Assembly (NCBI GenBank): GCA_964016885.1
Contig: OZ024744.1
Coordinates: 83,142,001-83,206,000 of the forward strand
DNA: 64,000 bases
DNA from: Eledone cirrhosa
Taxonomy: Eukaryota
Direction of reading: 5' to 3'
Shown here one piece after another: positions 1 through 12,527 of this stretch. Within the stretch, counting starts at the first letter, position 1. Each line of letters begins with the position of its first letter. The notes beneath the pieces were generated by a model. The model was given only the letters and a program-made list of their open reading frames with translations. It did not search any database and was not told the DNA's origin. Both the position numbers and the translations under genes were made by a program.

Positions 1-770
1 CATGGCTACCAGGCAGATGAAAACCGCCTGCCCTTTGTCCTCGAAGGAAGACGGCGAGACCATGCGCACAATGGAATCAGTCGATAACCGGATCAGTCCC
101 ACACGCGACAGCAACTGTTCGACATAGCTCCACAAGTCAGCAATGCTCGGGCACTGACGAGTGCGTGCACGACGGTTTCGTCCCTCTGCGCGCGTGTCGG
201 ACAGGCTCGGCTGACGGCACTTCCGTGCCTGTAGAGCTTATCTCGAACCGGCAACGCTCCCCGGTAGCACTGCCAGGCCAGGGATTTTTGGAAGTTATCC
301 AGAAGAGAGCAGACAGCTGATCTTCTTCGACGCCCAGACAGCTGATCTTCTTCGTCGCTCTTCCCCTCCACTAGTCCTCTACAGAACGCCGAGGTGGATG
401 TTCCACCGATACTGGTGCCCAGCTGGCAGAGGGCAGTGAGCGCCTGGAGACATTCCAGTTTCCAAGCGCTATCCCTCGGTCTTTTTCTGACCCAGGACTG
501 CAGCTCCGTCAAGGAGACGAGCTGTGGGTAAACGTGCCTGGCGAACGGAAACCACACCTGTTCGCCGTCAAGGAAGCACCAGAGATGTCGCAGCCTCAGC
601 GCAAGTTTTCGCATCAACAGCTATGATATGGCCAGTCCTCGACGTAACGGTTGTTGACAGCAGATGGATCGTCTGACTATGGGAGCGCGTCCTTTCCACA
701 AAAAGCGGAAGAGGAGGCGCTCCATTTTGGTGAGAGTTGGGCCGGGGCAAGGGACGATGGCATAGGGCTC
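1..770 (-). mobile_element. Degenerate, internally deleted Tx1-like LINE fragment (ORF2 3' region)
   Basis: ORF 93..617 matches the ORF2 C-terminus at 35032-36498 (LRLRHL, LVSLTELQSWV, DNFQKSLAWQCYRGALPVR, ETVVHALV). Confidence 0.85.
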
Positions 771-1219
771 CAATATTTAATATTTAATTTTGTATCAGAA
801 ATTTTATAGTAAAAAAAGAAAATGGTTACAAATGGTCACAAATGGAAGAAAACAACAGCCAAATAATTTCACCACCAACACCACCACCGCCGACGCCACC
901 ACCACCACTACTACCACTAGATACAAACCAACAGCAGCAATAACACCATCACTACAGTACTAATATCTCATCACCACCGTCACCACTGCATCATCGCTAC
1001 CACCACTATTCCCTCTCTACCTCCTGTTAAGAGAGGGAAGGTAGTAGTTCCATTACACATGACTAGAAGCTAGGAAGTCACCAAAAGATATAAATAGACT
1101 GATTTAGTGACCCGGCTAACAGCTAACAACACCATAATAATTATTGTTGTATCTCTAAACTCTCTCAAAATGTTTAGTTTAAACGATGTAAAATCTAAAC
1201 TATAATATAATAATATTAA

Positions 1220-1303
1220 TTGTTTCTACTTTTGGCACCAGGCCAACAATTACTCAGTGCATTACTGGTACTTTATTTTATCGACCCCGTAAGGATGAAA
1301 GGC
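1220..1303 (-). mobile_element. tRNA-derived SINE, 3' fragment
   Basis: Shares ggtactttattttatcgaccccgtaaggatgaaaggc and the tgtttctacttttggcac tail with the other SINE copies. Confidence 0.85.
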
Positions 1304-1599
1304 AGCAAGCCGAAAAATTACAGAGCAGAACACAGACAAAATCAAATGCAACATCAAAAGAAAAACAAATTTCAAAAGTTTTGAACGCAACAACCCCTAC
1401 TTCCCTCATAGCTAAAATCAAAAACAGCAGCAACAGCAGCAACAACACTAGTAACCGATGTTACTGCCCTTGAAAAACAAAAAGGAAAAAAGAAAAAAAA
1501 CTAAGTCAGACATTCAAACATTACAATGAAACTTATGTTTATTTTTTAAAGTTTTTATCGATTTATTTGTTCGTCTTCAGCGTGATGGTGCCACACTAA

Positions 1600-4500
1600 A
1601 ATCACCGGGGGTGATGCAATCACCGGTGGTTATGTAACCATACATTCACCAATCCTCGATATGAGTGATTAAATATCGAACCTAAACGGTTCGAATAACG
1701 GTGAAAAGGAGACTGGAATGTCATGTGAAAGACTCTCACCCAGCAAGTGTTCCCTGGCCCAGCAGCAGGGACCTGGCTGTCATCCAAATACTGCTGGTGT
1801 TGGAGGAAAAAGAAGGAAAGGGACAAGAACCAACTGGACGAAAGAATTGAATAGAACTATCATGAAATGTTACCTGAGAGTAACCCCATGGAAAAAGGCT
1901 ATAAGAAACGGATGCGTAACATCTGGAACGAGATTGCGAGATTGGTGTATTTAAATTAGATGAACAAAAATTGGCCGGGCAGGCTCGGGCAATAAGAACT
2001 AATGGATGGATAAGCGAGCTGGAACTGGAGGAACTGAGCAGAGAGATTAAGTTGGAAATGGAGAGTGGAGTATGTCAGGCAAAGGTGCCAGTAGGAAATA
2101 AAGGTGAAGAGGTTGTGAGACCTGAGGAAGCATCCGAAGCAGACAATGATCTGAATGCTGAAATAAATAACATCTGGAACAAAGGTACTGCCATTTAGGA
2201 AATGAATACTGACGGGCTAGGACAAGATTTGGTTGATATCCTGAACTTAGTGGTAGATGAAATAAACAATTATAGTGGAAAACCTATGAACCTAAGATGT
2301 GTAGACAGGAAAAAGTTAAAAGAAACAACAGCTAAGGTAAACAAATTCATCCCATACCTTGAGGCGAGGAACCTTCACCAGTGCAACAATATACCCAAAG
2401 CAACCGCAAATACGGTGAGGAAATTACTTGGCATAAAAACGAGAGGAAACAACAAAGAAGAAAGATCAGAACCTTGGTGGAAGAAACGACTGAATGGTCA
2501 AATCAAGGAAATGATAAAAGACATTGGAAAGCTTGAGTCCTTACTGAAAGGGACATTACAAAACATAGACACTAAAGATAGATTGGAAATAAAATACAAA
2601 ACTAGGGGGGAAAAGCTAAATATTATCATAGAGGAACTGAAGCAACGCATTGTAGCAAAGAGTGAAAAGATTAGGCGGTATGAGAACAGAGGCAGTCAGT
2701 ATAGACAGAACTGCATGTTTGACAACAACCAGAAGATATTGTTTGGGCAGCTTGAACGGAAAGAAAGAGGCAACGACGTGATCCCTGAGGCGGAACAAAC
2801 TAAGACATTCTGGAGAGGAATATGGGAGCAGGATTTTGAACATAATAATCCGGCAGTGTGGATTGAGACAGTTCAAAAGGAGATTAGCAAACAGGCACAC
2901 CAACAACCTGATTCGAGTATCACAGTTGAAACTCTTAAAGGGCAGGCCAAAAAACTAACCAGCAGGAAATCACCAGGCCCAGATGGTGTGCAAGGGTATT
3001 GGATTAAAAATATAACTTCCCTCCACCCGAAACTGACAACCATGTTCAATGACTGCTTGATGTCGGGTGAGATACCAGAGTGGTTGACAAAAGGTACCAC
3101 AGTTCTGGTAATGAAAGACCGAATCATGGGTAATGATGTTACCAACTATAGGCCCATCACATGTCTGTCTTTAATGTGGAATCTGTTAACAAGCATTGTG
3201 TCTGAGGAAATCTACCATAACCTCCACATAAACAACTTGTTACCGGACGAACAGAAAGGATGCCGAAAGAAGTCCCGTGGTACAAAAGACCAGTTACTTC
3301 TTGATAAGATGGTAATGAGGAATTGCAAGAGGAGGCACACTGATTACAAATAGTCATTCGATATGGTACCTCATTCGTGGATAACCAAAAGCCTAGAGAT
3401 CTTCAAGGTGGCAGATAACATCAGACAGTTGTTGAGCAAAAGTATGAAGTCCTGGGAAACAGAGATAACTTCGGGTGGAGAATCCTTGGGAGGCGTGAAG
3501 ATCAAGAGAGGTATCTTCCAGGGAGATAGTTTGTCCCCTCTGCTGTTTGTCCTTGCGCTGATATCTCTGACCCTTATATTGCGAAAAGTGAGAGCAGGAT
3601 ACAAGTTGGGCAAAGGAGCGCTTACCATCAACCACCTCCTCTTCATGGACGATTTAAAACTCTTTGGGAAGAGTGAGAAGGAGGTGGATGTACTTGTTGA
3701 CACTGTCCGTATTTTCAGCAATGATATATGTATGGAATTTGGTATTAATAAGTGTGGAGTCCTAGTGATGAAGAGAGGTAAATTGAGCAAAAGCAACGGA
3801 ATCCAGGTACCAACAGGTGAGATGATAAAGGAAATTGACACTGAGGAGGGGTACAAATATTAAGGTGTTCTGGAAGCAGATGACATCAATAACAAAAAAA
3901 TGAAGTAGTTGATAAGATGTGAGTACATAAGGAGAGTAAGGAGCGTATTGAATTCACATCTAAATAGTAGGAATGTCATAAGTTCAATGAATTCTAGAGC
4001 TGTGTCTATTATTAGATACAGTGCGGGAATTCTGAAATGGAATGTTGCTGAACAAATATAAATGGATAGGAAGACTAGGAAGCTATTGACTATCTACAAC
4101 ATGTTCCACAAGAGGAGTGATGTCGATAGACTCTACTTAAAGATATCTGAAGATGGAAGAGGTCTTATCAGCATAGAGGACTCTGTTCAGATGGAGAAAA
4201 ACAACCTGCAGAAATACGTGCTGACAGTAGGTAGCCAATGCACAAAATTGTACTGAAGGAGAAGACAATAGACCTGGGGATGACCAAGGAGGAAATAACA
4301 ACAAGGAAGAAGAGCAACCTTCATGAAAAATCGATTCATAGTACCTTCTTTAGGAAAACTGAATTTAGAGATCCACAGACATGGAACTGGTTAAAAAGAG
4401 GAGTCCTTAAAAAAGCTACAGAAGGAATGCTAAAGTCTGCGCAAGAGCAAGCCCTCAGAACGAAGTGGGTGAAACACCATATTTACAAGGAGGACGCTAT

Positions 4501-5156
4501 CTCACAGTGTAGGATCTGTGGAGAGAGAGAGGAGACTGTGGCTCACATTGTATCCGAGTGTAAACATCTAGCCCAGACTCACTATAAAGGCTGGAGACAT
4601 GATGTGATAGGCAGGGTGATCCACTGGCATCTATGCAAAGTAAACAATTTACCACATTCTGAGAAGTGGTATGAGTATAAGCCAGAGTCGGTGATAGAAA
4701 ACAATCAGGTGAAGGTGCTGTGGGATTTTAGGATACAGACGGACAAGAAATTAGAACACAATAGGCCTGACCTGGCGGTTTTGGACAAGGAAAAAAGATC
4801 GTGCCTGATTGTGGATGTAGCCTCCCCATTTGACACGAGAGTGCAAGAGAAGAAGAGGGAGAAAATTAACCGATACCAGGACTTAAAGTGGGAGGTAAAA
4901 AGGATTTGGAACTGCCATGAAGTCAAAGTGATCCCGATTGTCATAGGCGCACTGGGGACTATCTCCAAAAGTTTCCAGGGATGGTTAAAGAAAATCGGCC
5001 CCTTCACGCTTTTTGGAACGCTTCAAATGGCATGCTTGCTTGGAACAGCAAGAACCCTCCGATACGTCCTGAATATCTGAGGCTGCAGGTAGTGGCTTGA
5101 TATTCAATCCAACGGACTTTCCAGTTAACCAACATCAATGACTGAGATTCAAGGAA
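1600..5156 (+). mobile_element. R4/Dong-like non-LTR retrotransposon (RT plus restriction-like endonuclease), near full length, ORF disrupted
   Basis: Fragments 1718-2198, 2202-3353, 3363-3863 and 4062-5080 give RT motifs (KSPGPDG, NYRPITCL, GIFQGDSLSPLLF, HLLFMDDLKL), a CCHC motif (CRICG..ETVAHIVSEC), RHD and a PD..D nuclease (NRPDLAVLD..IVDV). Followed by (TAA)n. The 5' boundary is approximate. Confidence 0.92.
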
Positions 5157-5184
5157 TAACAACAATAATAATAATAATAATAAT

Positions 5185-5413
5185 ATGGAACTGCCATGAA
5201 GTCAAAGTTATCCCGATTGTCATAGGCGCACTGGGGACTATCTCCAAATGTTTCCAGGGATGGTTAAAGAAAATCGGCCCCTTCACGCTTTTTGGAACGC
5301 TTCAAAAGCAAGAACCCTCCGATACGTCCTGAATATCTGAGGCTGCAGGTAGTGGCTTGATATTCATTCCAACGGACTTTCCAGTTAACCAACATCAATG
5401 ACTGAGATTCAAG

Positions 5414-5415
<2 letters not shown>
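5185..5415 (+). mobile_element. Second, 5'-truncated copy of the R4/Dong-like 3' end, sitting in the (TAA)n tail
   Basis: Near-identical to 4906-5156 with a short internal deletion, and flanked by (TAA)n on both sides. Confidence 0.9.
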
Positions 5416-5459
<44 letters not shown>

Positions 5460-6101
5460 TTCATTTATTGGCCACAAAATAATAATAATAATGGTTTCTT
5501 TCTTGACCTTTATGGCCGGGTGCCTCCTATCAAAAATGGGTTTACTCAGAGAGCCAGGTAACTTTGGTTGGACTTCTGGACCCATCTGTAACGCAAAAAT
5601 GCTTTATGGGAAAAAGAAAAATTAATGTAGTACACCAAATCGCTTGTTCTATGGTTAATTATGAAACTTGTCCCTCAGGAAAAGGCCAGTCTGGGGACGA
5701 AAATTTAGCCACTGGCAAAATCTCTTCTCTTAATATTAACTGGATGGTCACTTGAACGGGGCTGCTCCAAATTGACCCTCCAAGTTCACCACTACTGTAA
5801 AAGACAAAAATAACAAAGTTTGTTTATTGATTGATATGAACATCCCAATGTGATTAAAATATCGCAGCAAAAGAATTTGACAAAATCAGAAAATATAACG
5901 ATTACCCCACTGGAATTGAAACAAAGTAGCATCTCAAGGAATGAGATAAAAATGGAACAGAAAATATTTGAGAATGGTACCTGGCTTACCATCCCTGGAA
6001 GAAGAGCAACAAATTATGTTAACCGGTACGGCGCACGTATTGAGAAGAGCACTATCACTCTCAGTGATAATCATCCATGTTGGTTTTTAAAATTAACTTT
6101 A

Positions 6102-6199
6102 TCTTTATATAAAAAAAAGATGTTTATTGGTTAGTTAGTTTTTTATGTCTCTCTCTCTCACACACACACAAACATACACACACAAACACACACAGACAA

Positions 6200-6230
<31 letters not shown>

Positions 6231-6449
6231 CAAATACACACACACACATCTAAAGAGAGAGAGAGTAACGTCCCACGAAAGTCTAGAAACGGCTTAATTC
6301 CCCCAGCCTAATAAGGAAGTTTTATGATTGTTTTTTTTATGTCTCTCTCTCTCTCACACACACCCATTACGGTCTCACCTCATACCAGACAACACATCCA
6401 ATACAGTCGTATTCTCTGTTCTCCCGGCGAGGCCGGGTAACTCAGCTAG
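6102..6449 (+). mobile_element. Non-autonomous Helitron
   Basis: A|TC 5' end (atctttatataaaa), 3' hairpin CCCGGC-gag-GCCGGG at 6423-6437, then CTAG|T. Confidence 0.75.
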
Positions 6450-6786
6450 TTTGATTATATTCCACAATTATGTAAGCTGTAAATAATCGAGCACTCTTAT
6501 ATCTTTGATTATCATTATGTTGTAAATATGATTTTATACAAATGTACACATTTATGAAGCAAATGGCATACTTGTAACTTCGTAAAGTTTGCGATGTGAA
6601 CAATATGGTGTGTTTATTTTTGTGGCTTATCAATGTATGCAGTAAGTTTCTCTGCCGCAGACGTCGGGAAGACACTCGGCAAGAAATGGCAACAAACTGA
6701 AGGAAGAGGAAAAACACAAACAATAACAATAATAATATGACTGCGAAACACAAGTAAATATCAGGCAAAGGTATTGGGAAAATATA

Positions 6787-6930
6787 ATTGTTTCTACTTT
6801 TGGCACAAGGCCAATAATTATCCCAGTGTATTACTGGTACTTTATTTATCCACCCCGTAAGGATGAAAGGCAAAGTTAACCTCGGCGGGATTTGAACTCA
6901 GATCATAAAGGGCCATAACTCTATGCAACA
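6787..6930 (-). mobile_element. tRNA-derived SINE
   Basis: Same SINE body, with B-box-like gagttcaaatcc on the minus strand. Confidence 0.85.
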
Positions 6931-6964
6931 AAATTTAGGTCCTGTGACAAATAATACAGAAACA

Positions 6965-7900
6965 GTTGACCACCTAATATCTTCCTGCGACACCATAGCA
7001 CTGTCTGAAGTAAAAGAAAACTGACATGACAAAATGGAGCAGTACATCCACTGTGAAATATGTAGATTCTATGAAAAGGAAAGAATGCAAAACTGGTATC
7101 AACACAATCCAGATCCGGTAACAAACATTGGTAATGTCATGATACTGTGGGATTCACATTACACACGGACAAGACAATCAATGGCAATATAAAGCATGTA
7201 TTATAATTGTTTCTACATTTCACACAATGCCAGCAATTTGAAGGGAAGAATAAAGTCGATTAAATCAACCCCAGAGCTTTATTTTATCGACTCTATAATG
7301 ATGAAAGAGAAAGCTAACCTCTCCGGGATTTGAACTGAGAATGTAAAGGACCGTAACACTATGCCGTGAAGCAGGTTGTCCGACGCTCTACCGATACTGC
7401 CGATCCACCGCCCTTAGACCAGATATCATAACAGTTTCTGCTCTAGACACAAGGCCAATAATTTGGGAGAGGGGAAAGTAGATAAAATCTACCGCAGTGC
7501 GTAACTGGTACTGTATTTTATCAACCCCGTAAAGATGAAAGGCAAAGCTAACTTCTGCGGGATTCGAAATCAGGGATTTGAAAGCAGAGTGTCTGATGCT
7601 CTACCGATACTGCAAAAGCACTGCCCTTAGACCAGATATTATAATAAAAGATAAATCAACAAAGTCTGCTTCATCATAGACATGGATGTACCTGCTGAGT
7701 ACAATGTGCTTTAAAATATTTAACAAGGACACAGGAATTGCTTACAGATGTTTAATAGTATACTGTATCAGCCTGACTGGTTTGATGGAAGAGAAATCCA
7801 ATTTAATCTACAAAAATCTTCAAACTCTTCAGACCAATAACCTGCCTTTCTGTGGCTTACAAACAATTAACTGCAAAGACATCACAGAAACTAAATAAAT
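6965..7900 (+). pseudogene. Old R4-like RLE-domain fragment split by two SINE insertions
   Basis: Manual reading gives HLISSC..HD..YIH, WYQHNP..ILWD..TDK (6970-7185), resuming as RPDIIIKDK..FIIDM.VP at 7628-7700. Confidence 0.65.
7205..7627 (-). mobile_element. Two tandem tRNA-derived SINEs (7205-7413, 7432-7627)
   Basis: SINE consensus. The second is flanked by the duplication ttagaccagatatYataa (7414 and 7627). Confidence 0.85.
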
Positions 7901-8906
7901 ACCTGCGGAAAATAATACTTCTAGAAAAGTAGTATTGATGCTACAAAGGCTCATAAAGGCTAAACTGTAAAGCTGAATTGCTTTTCAATGAAACCATAAC
8001 TCAAGACTAGATTAAAATGGGTATGGGTGTTGCATTGATTAGCCATTTGACAATATTCACCATGCGTGAATAACAGGGACATTAGCTAGTATTAATAAGC
8101 AGATGCATTAAATCCAACTTGAGTGAATGGCAAAAATCTTCTGCAGGTACAAAGAAGATAAGGAAATATAAAAAAAACAGGCTTATCTGTATTAGTAAGG
8201 GCACATTCAACGTCGTGGAATTCCTCTCTCCGCTTCTTTTCATCCTGGCACTATCACTATTAACCAACACATTGCACTAAACTGGACTTTGATACAAATG
8301 CTATAGAAGGGCAATTTTACTGTGTAGAAAATAATAAAAGCTATATAAAAACACCGAAACAGTGATTACACGGATTTACTAGAGGAATTGATATGAGATT
8401 CGGATTAGAAAAAAAAATGCACCAAGACAAAATTAAAGAGAAGAAAATTAATTAAGAACATTAAATTCATGATAGATAACGTAACATAGATAAGAGAATT
8501 AAACACACACTTACACATAATGAGAAATCAATGAACTAGACTGTGTTAAATACACATGAGTGAAAGAAGAGGTTAGAAAGGAATATTATACCATCACTAG
8601 TAGCAAATCTAGGTGTCGAGAATTTGATTCCATTTAATTTATGAGTTCTAAATGCTTGCATGAGCCAACATTGGAGAGCTCGTATCGAGGACATGAGAAC
8701 TGAAGTAAAGCTAAGTCTAACTGTCGTCGACCTGCTTCTCTGCATAAAAAAAAATTAAGAGATGCTATAAGCAGATGACTTCAAAGCAGTTGTTCACACA
8801 ATCCTATTGTGCAAAATTGAAAGCAGAACGCTTTACGAAAACGCCAACAATATAAAATTGTTTATTTTTATTGATATCCTTCTAAAATCTTAATTATATA
8901 TAAGAA

Positions 8907-9072
8907 CTAGCAGAATGGCCTGGCGTTGCTCGGGATTCAAAACATAGATTGGCATGTTTATCCCCCCTTTCTGAAACAGTACAGAGAAGTATGGAATACC
9001 TCGGCCTCGGGATGGTGTCTAAGGGTGTCAGACAGCCAGACAGACATACATTCTCTTTTTTAGATATATAGA
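8907..9072 (-). mobile_element. Non-autonomous Helitron
   Basis: On the minus strand: A|TCTATATATCTAAAA 5' end, (gtct)n, subterminal cccgagcaacgccaggcc, then CTAG|T. Confidence 0.75.
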
Positions 9073-9204
9073 TATTAATAAGTTATGTTCTGAACACCAA
9101 CTTAATAATGAGAAAGTTGGTTATATTACTAAATCCTTCCAAATTCTTGAGTATTTTCACAATTAATTGAAAATTATATATACATATATTAACAGTATAT
9201 AATT

Positions 9205-9840
9205 TTATCGAGGCCAGCAACCTTGAACCAAAGATAAGCCGATTACATCAACGATGATGCTTTACTGGTACTTTATGTTATCGACCTCAGAAGGATAAAA
9301 GGCGGAATTGATAAAATGGCAGAATTTGAACACAGAGCATAAAAGGTTGACCCCTCTCCCTCCAAATAAAAACAAAAACAAAACAAACAATTGAAAGAAT
9401 TTTTTGTCGGACGCTCTAACGAATCTACCACCCTACTGTGCTTAGTAACACTAATAAATGTTTCTACTTTGGGCACAAGGTCAGAAATTATCCCAGTGTA
9501 TTACTGGTGCTTTATTTTGTCAACCCCGTAAGAATGAAAGACAAAGTTAACCTCAGTGGGATTTGAACTCAGACCGTAAAAGGCCATATGGTCTCTGACC
9601 CTCTACCGATGCTGCCAAACCACTGCCCTCGCTGCGCTTAGTAATAATAATTGTTTCTACTTTTGGCACAAGGTCAGCAAATACCCAGTCCATTACTGGT
9701 ACTTTATATTTTCGACCCCGTAAGGATGAAAGCTAAAGTTAACCTCGGAGGGATTTGAAGACAGATCATAAAGGGACGTAACTCTATGCTTCAAAGCATG
9801 GTGTCCGACCCTCTACCTATACTGCCAATCCACCACCCTT
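9205..9840 (-). mobile_element. Three head-to-tail tRNA-derived SINEs
   Basis: SINE consensus at about 9205-9435, 9455-9630 and 9648-9840. Confidence 0.85.
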
Positions 9841-10240
9841 AGTAATAATAATAATATTAATAAAGATTTATGTTATGAGTCACAAAATCCAAGATGTTTA
9901 GGTCATGCAAGAACGAAATACAAAACAAAGTGAGGGATTTACATGTACGAATTTACATATATTAATTAGATAACGATAAACATCATAAATAATAAAGAAC
10001 AGTAAAATATTCAAAAGAAGGAATACCTAAAATAGAAGACAACCACAAAACACCAGGTTATCCGGACACACTGAATCCTTCCACATTCTACCCCAAACAT
10101 AAAGTCACACATTTAGCCCCACAAGTTTCGTCACTCTCACCTGTTTTTTTTTTATTAAATAAAATTTACGAGTGACTTTCAACGTCCTTCTCATTCTTAT
10201 TTTTCTATTCAACTACTTGAAGAAGTCGAGAGAACATTAA

Positions 10241-10622
10241 TTGGCAGTATCGGTAGAGGGTCGGACACCATGCTTTGTAACATAGTTACGTCCCTTTACG
10301 GTCTGAGTTCAAACCCCGCCGAGGTTAACTTTGCCTTTCATCCTTACGGGGTCGATAAAATAAAGTACCAGTAATGTACTGGGTAATTGCTGGCCTTGTG
10401 CCAAAAGTAGAAACAATTATTAACCTGACAGATGCTGGATTGGCAGTATCGGTAGAGGGTCAGACACTATGCTTTGCAGCAAAGAGTTACAGCCCTTTAT
10501 GATCTGAGTTCAAATCCCGCCGAGGTTAACATTACCTTTCATCCTTACGGGGTTGATAAAATGAAGTACCAGTAATACACTGGGATAATTGCTGGCCTTG
10601 TGCCAAAAGTAGAAACAATTAT
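10241..10622 (+). mobile_element. Two tandem tRNA-derived SINEs
   Basis: A-box-like tggcagtatcggtagag, B-box-like gagttcaaa, central gcctttcatccttacggggtcgataaa, tail ggccttgtgccaaaagtagaaacaattatta. Confidence 0.9.
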
Positions 10623-10639
10623 TAACCCAAGAGAAACAT

Positions 10640-11150
10640 ATCTTCCCTCAAAAATTTCAACCACGTCTACCGCACATTTTCCTAGTCATAGTCACTAGGA
10701 AGAGAAAAAAACTATCTATTCTTCATTGCCAAAGGAAGTTGGTTCATTGATCTTCATAATAGATTCTACTAATAGTTGAATACGACCAACAGGAGCCTAT
10801 TAATCTACAATTCGCTGGCACAGAACGACTGAGTGCCCAGTGGCTTCGATGCCCTGAGCGCAACTCTGATAGGTTGACACGACCGGGCGCTTGACAAAGC
10901 CATGCATATAGAGTTTCTCAAATATTCAATCTATTCCTTTAGAACAGCCAGGCGATAGACACTCTTCATAAAATATAACACCTGAAGCACTTGTTATGAG
11001 AGACTAAAACGACAGTCCTCTTCAGCGTCCAGAATTTTTTTCAGGCCACCGTTGCCCATGTCCTGCACAAATTATCTATTGCATGCGTGGGTTAACTTGT
11101 AAACGATTTCATTGCTTATCTAGTAGTGTGCAATGAAATGCTTGGCAATG
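10640..11150 (-). pseudogene. Highly degenerate RLE-type (HERO/R2-like) retrotransposon fragment
   Basis: Residual LS..AL.QG..W.H..VL-like coding remnants on the minus strand around 10820-10880. Confidence 0.35.
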
Positions 11151-11167
11151 TTCTTGGTGTCAATAGT

Positions 11168-11367
11168 AATAATTGTTTCTATTTTTGGCACATGGCCAGG
11201 AATTTGAAAGGAAAGTGAAAGTCGATTGAATCGGTCCCAGTATGTTACTGGTACTTTATTTTTGTCAACCCCGTAAGGACGAGAGGCAATGCTAACCTCG
11301 GAGGAATTTGAATTCAGAACGTAAAGCACCACAACTATACAGCACAAAGCATGTTAAACCACTGCCT
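11168..11367 (-). mobile_element. tRNA-derived SINE with target-site duplication
   Basis: SINE consensus. ttggtgtcaatag is duplicated at 11155 and 11368. Confidence 0.8.
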
Positions 11368-11386
11368 TTGGTGTCAATAGAAATAA

Positions 11387-12029
11387 TCTACTAATATATA
11401 ATATGTTTGTGTATTTGTCCGTCACAGCAGATGACTGAGGAACGAAGAGGTGATAACGGCAACTGAGAAAGGATGGGGTGATAACGTCTGTGAGAAAGGA
11501 AGTGGTGATAACGTCGTCTTAGGAAGGAAGGGGTGACAACGCCCAATATTCATTACATCTGTGTGTGTTTATATGTATAGCAATTGGCTACACACATTGG
11601 CTGTTATGATTATGTGAGTGTTTGTGTGTATGGATATGTGTGTTTGTGTAAATTATAATCATATATAATATTTGAGTGAGTGTATATGTGTTTGTGCGTG
11701 TTTATTTAGAAACATACATAGACAATAGAATTACAAACACACATGAATCTACACATACATATATATAAACAGACAGACGTTAAAAAAATAATTATTACAT
11801 ACACACACATCTATGTATGACTGCGGAAGGAGGGGGTGAGAAACTATAGTAGTCCAGTGTTCTAAGATTCGTCACAGCTGTGTGGTGTACGTTTGTATCA
11901 CTTGTGTAAGTGAGCGCGAAGGAACCAACCAACAAACTAACCAACCAACAAACAAACAAACATCTCCTTTTTATATTATGTATAGATATGACAATTAACC
12001 GTCACTTTTGATGACACGGGGCCAGCTAG
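11387..12029 (+). mobile_element. Non-autonomous Helitron containing an inverted Helitron-like 5' end
   Basis: A|TCTACTAATATATAA start, 3' ccgtca..tgacacgg hairpin, then CTAG|T. Internal minus-strand TCTATACATAATATAAAAAGGAG(tttg)n ends near 11985. Confidence 0.7.
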
Positions 12030-12282
12030 TAATAAATAATCAGCGAATAATAAAGGCACCAAATATAGGAACATTTCAATACAAAAACACAAAATACAAG
12101 TTACTTCAAAATATAATATCGTCAAAAGGGGAATAGCCACGTAGGGGAAATCAGGTTACATTACATAGACCCTAAATCAACTATAAATATTCAGAGATAC
12201 TGAATAAAAGAATGTTAGAGAAATAAGAAAGGAAGTAACCAGAATATAACGATAAAATAGGTTGCATATATATATATATGAA

Positions 12283-12410
12283 TAATTGTGTCTACTTTTG
12301 GCACAAGGCTTTACGACCCCATAAGGCAAAGTTAACCTCGGCGGGATTTGAACTCAGACCATGTAACTCTTTGCTGCAAAGCATGTCGTCCGACCCTCTA
12401 CCGGTACTGC
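12283..12410 (-). mobile_element. tRNA-derived SINE (internally deleted)
   Basis: SINE head and tail are present but the middle is missing. Confidence 0.8.
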
Positions 12411-12431
12411 CTGAATAATGCCGTACGGTCA

Positions 12432-12468
<37 letters not shown>

Positions 12469-12527
12469 TTATATATATACACAATCACACTCACACACAC
12501 AAACATATATATATGTATATATGTATA

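Noticed and set aside
1600-1790. Possible HDV-like ribozyme at the R4-like 5' end
   Set aside because: Local hairpins exist, but I could not build the nested double pseudoknot by eye.
5480-6100. Possible host exon (ORF 5850..6134)
   Set aside because: There is no recognisable domain or splice context; it is probably an unclassified repeat.
10241-10330. tRNA genes suggested by A/B boxes (also at 50303 and 63100)
   Set aside because: There is no complete cloverleaf; these are SINE heads.
11445-11540. CRISPR-like short repeats (also 20716-20961)
   Set aside because: They are tandem minisatellites without unique spacers or cas genes, in a eukaryotic context.
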